From Veleropilina oligotropha (Eukaryota): 64,000 nt of DNA. The position numbers and the translations under genes are program-made. The DNA is taken from positions 1 through 64,000 of the forward strand of contig JBEUKZ010000104.1 of the NCBI GenBank assembly GCA_048128005.1, read 5' to 3'. Positions 61,102-64,000 of this stretch are shown in pieces; positions within the stretch are counted from its first letter, which is position 1, and the number at the start of each line of letters is the position of its first letter. A model generated the notes under the pieces. It was not told where the DNA came from and did not search any database. It saw nothing but the letters and a program-made list of their open reading frames with translations.

Positions 61102-62036
61102 AACAAGAAATGTGTCCACCGGCAGCCTTTACCAATGAAGTATGAATGATGATAAGCAAGTGTATAAAGTATCAAGTCAATCCATGAAGGCAGATGGACG
61201 TTAGGGCAGAATGGAAGGAAGGAAGGAATGATGCTTAATATCCTGTATATTTATAACATCGAGGTTCAAGGCGGGACATGTTCGTGTTATCGAGGGAGGA
61301 AACACCAGTCGCCAGGATAAACCCGCCCTCTTCGGCCAGTCGCGGACAACTGTGATTCATAACTTGAACAAATGTCAATGCCTCAGCCAGGTATTGAACC
61401 CACTACTGTTCGCATTAGAGGAATCAAGCAAGTGAATTTAGAGTGGACACTCTTACCCACTGCGCTGCCGAAGCGGCCTGGGGCAGAATGGAGTTACTCG
61501 CAAGCAAATACTGGTTCGAAGAGCTATGTCATTTGACTTTGGGCATAGGGCAACATGGATGGGTCGCAGAAGCGAAGTATGAATGATGATAAGCAAGTGT
61601 ATGAAGTATCAAGTCAATTCATGAAGGCAGATGGAAGTTATAGCAGAATGGAGTTACTCGCATGCAAATACTGGTCCAAAGAGCCAAGTCATTTTACCTT
61701 GACCTTGGGCATAGGGCGACATGTGTGGGTCGCAGAAGCGAAGTATGAATGATGATAAGCAAGTGTATGAAGTATCAAGTCAATCCATGAAGGCAGATGG
61801 AAGTTATAGCAGAATGGAGTTACTCGCACGCAAATACTGGTTCAAACAGCTATGTCATTTGACCTTAGGCATAGGGCGACATGGATGGATCGCAGAAGCG
61901 AAGTATGAATGATAATAAGCAAGTGTATGAAGTATCAAGTCAATCCATGAAAGCAGACGGAAGTTACTTGCATGCAATACTGGTTTTCGGGACGGACGGA
62001 CAAGGGTAAATCTATAAATTGGTGGGGGCATAAAAA
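61102..62036 (-). mobile_element. HINE family A with ~165-bp array, inserted in the DIRS recombinase
   Basis: Same unit and ends as 21259-22053. Confidence 0.8.
61216..61480 (-). mobile_element. tRNA-derived SINE family 2 with TSD, nested in the HINE
   Basis: 12-bp TSD GGGCAGAATGGA (61204-15 and 61481-92); (TTCC)n tail on the minus strand. Confidence 0.85.
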
Positions 62037-62989
62037 CCTAACACAGGGCGAAGGATGACCGACCCTTGGGAATGGAACCTGACATCTCGAGGCTCTGACG
62101 AAAATCTATATATTTCTGAGCACCGCCGACCCGATCCTAGGGCTCATTTAAGACGAGTACGATGTTTCACGCTGGCGACTGCACCAGCCCGGTCAGTCTC
62201 TCGAGTTGATAAGAGCGTATGTAATCAGAGATAGTACGGTTGTCGGATAGCTTAACATGTGCTCGACATTGTCGAAGCGTAGTCGAAATCGTAGCACGGC
62301 AACATTTGACCACTGATACTGATAGCCCTCGTTCGAATAACGATAAAATAAACTCGATAAATTTGTTCACAGGGGCAGTTGCTAGAGATAAGCCTTTCTT
62401 AACGAGCGATCGTTCGATAACCGCCATGCGGGTAAACGAAGGTCGTTCGGCGACGGGTGGAGTACCCGTGAGCGCAGTTGCTTCAACAGGTCTGGTATCT
62501 GCGGTAGCGGCCGATCGACGATGAGATCGAGAAGTGTCGGAAACCAAGGCTGCGCACGATACAGCGTTATCTCGCAGCATTCTATCGATGCCTTCTTCAG
62601 CATCAGTGCATTGACAGTGCATCGACGGCTATCGCGGCTGGATCCGGGTATGGGGAGACATACAGAGGGAGTCGGTGATTGAATTCTGTTGCGAACAGAT
62701 ATACTTGGGGTTGCGACCACCGGCGACAAACTTCCCGAGCTACTCGGCTGTGTAGCATCCACTCTGTGCGTTTAATCTGTGATTTCCGAGAGAGCGAGTC
62801 CGCTCTGACGCTCAATTTTCCCGAGATGTGTCGTGCTCGTATCGTCGAGTTGAGGGACATCACTGTTGTCCGTAGCTAGCATGATATGCTTGTTGCGGAG
62901 ATGTGACGAGAAGGACCATACTGCTAGGTCGACAGCCTCTAACTCTAAACAAGAGGCCTCTCGACCTATACAGCTCCGCTGGAAAGGTT

Positions 62990-63612
62990 TCGTCATTATA
63001 GGCCAACAACGTTAGGAATTTGGGCAGCACTTCCCCAAGTAATAACATACCAAAGTAATAACATAGACTACATGGACAAGTCAAAATTCCGAATTTCAGC
63101 GAAACTGGGTTGTACATTTTTCTAATATTCACAGGATAAGTTAAACACATCATAAGGAAGGCTCATGCCAATTAAGAAAAAAGTTATCAGACAGTTTCAG
63201 AGATATTCACATTTGAAGGCAAAACTTGTTGCAGAAGTGGATTTTCTAAGTCCAAAAAGGTAAATTTCGGAAAAACTGAGATGTAGAATTTTCTAATAAC
63301 TTCAGGATATGTTCAGAACATCATAAGGAAGGCTCATGCCAAATTAGAAAAAAAGTTATCAAACAGTTTTGGAATTATTCACATTTGAAGTCAAAATTTG
63401 TCACAGGAGTGGATTTTCCTGGTCCAAAATGTAAATTTCTGAAACACTGAGATGTAGAATTTTCTAATATTTTCAAGATATGTTCAGAACATCATGGAAG
63501 GCTCAAGCCAAAGTAGAAAAAAAGTTATCAGACAGTTTTGAAGATATTCACATTTAAGTCAAAAGTTGACGCCAGACGGACGTATACCGGACAAAGCGGT
63601 ATCAGTAAAAAT
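62990..63612. repeat. Insertion with ~171-bp tandem units splitting the DIRS RNase H
   Basis: CATCATAAGGAAGGCTCATGCC-like motif near 63148, 63319 and 63490; AT-rich against GC-richer DIRS flanks. Confidence 0.75.
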
Positions 63613-64000
63613 TGATGTGTCATCCCTGCAGGTCCGTCGGCCATAGGCCCGATGTCTCGTAAATGTCAAGGTGACCCCCCCCCCAGCCTTCGTTCGAAGC
63701 ATCCGTGAAGCGGAAGGCGTTCGGTTCTGGTGGGGATATCGGAACTGACTGGCTCGGCAAGGCAAGGTTCAGCCACACTGCTGTCGAGTGATTGAACCAA
63801 TGCCGTAGATCGCTGCGATCCGTCCACTGTCCGTTGTACCCAGCGGTCTCAGAAGGCCCGCTGTACATAACGGTCGTTTGTCCATGTGACCTGTGGTAAT
63901 AAGGGTGCTACCGACTCGATGTTCCCGAGGACAGTGGCCAGTTGTCGCGCCGTGGCTATCCCTGAAGATCTCGTGTCCTGGATAACTGAGCGTAGGTTCT

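Larger units (their letters stand above)
60490..64000 (-). mobile_element. Decayed DIRS-type tyrosine-recombinase retrotransposon, 3' part, with nested insertions
   Basis: RNase H FTDASNEGWGG, LELEAV..ATDN, ARHISGKLSVRADSLSR; MT-like region LFATEFNHRLPLYVSP..AQPWFPTL; YR remnants FILSLFERGLSVSVV, GSGRRCSEI, LNCPVRALKFYLDRT. Confidence 0.85.

Overview
Repeat-rich eukaryotic DNA, most consistent with an invertebrate; the repeat families look lophotrochozoan-like, which is inference. Positions 1 to ~10008 hold the right part of an apparently intact, GC-rich endogenous Polinton/Maverick-like (adintovirus/PLV-type) DNA virus. It carries a major-capsid-like ORF, an A32-type packaging ATPase, several small membrane or unknown ORFs, an rve integrase and a repeat-rich terminus. 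Its most unusual gene is a ~1280-aa replicase that appears to fuse a vOTU-like protease, a divergent family-B polymerase with no recognisable exonuclease, an SF1 helicase and an HNH/EndoVII-like nuclease. The rest is AT-rich host DNA packed with nested TEs: decayed hAT, Gypsy, Harbinger, L2/CR1, Penelope and DIRS elements, an intact spliced Ginger1 transposon with an OTU domain, Helentron-associated elements with satellite arrays, SINEs and MITEs. A divergent FET-family (FUS/EWS/TAF15/cabeza-like) gene runs on the minus strand in six exons (59299 to 39645), followed by a frameshifted PABP-like exon. All calls come from reading motifs by eye; no database searches were run.
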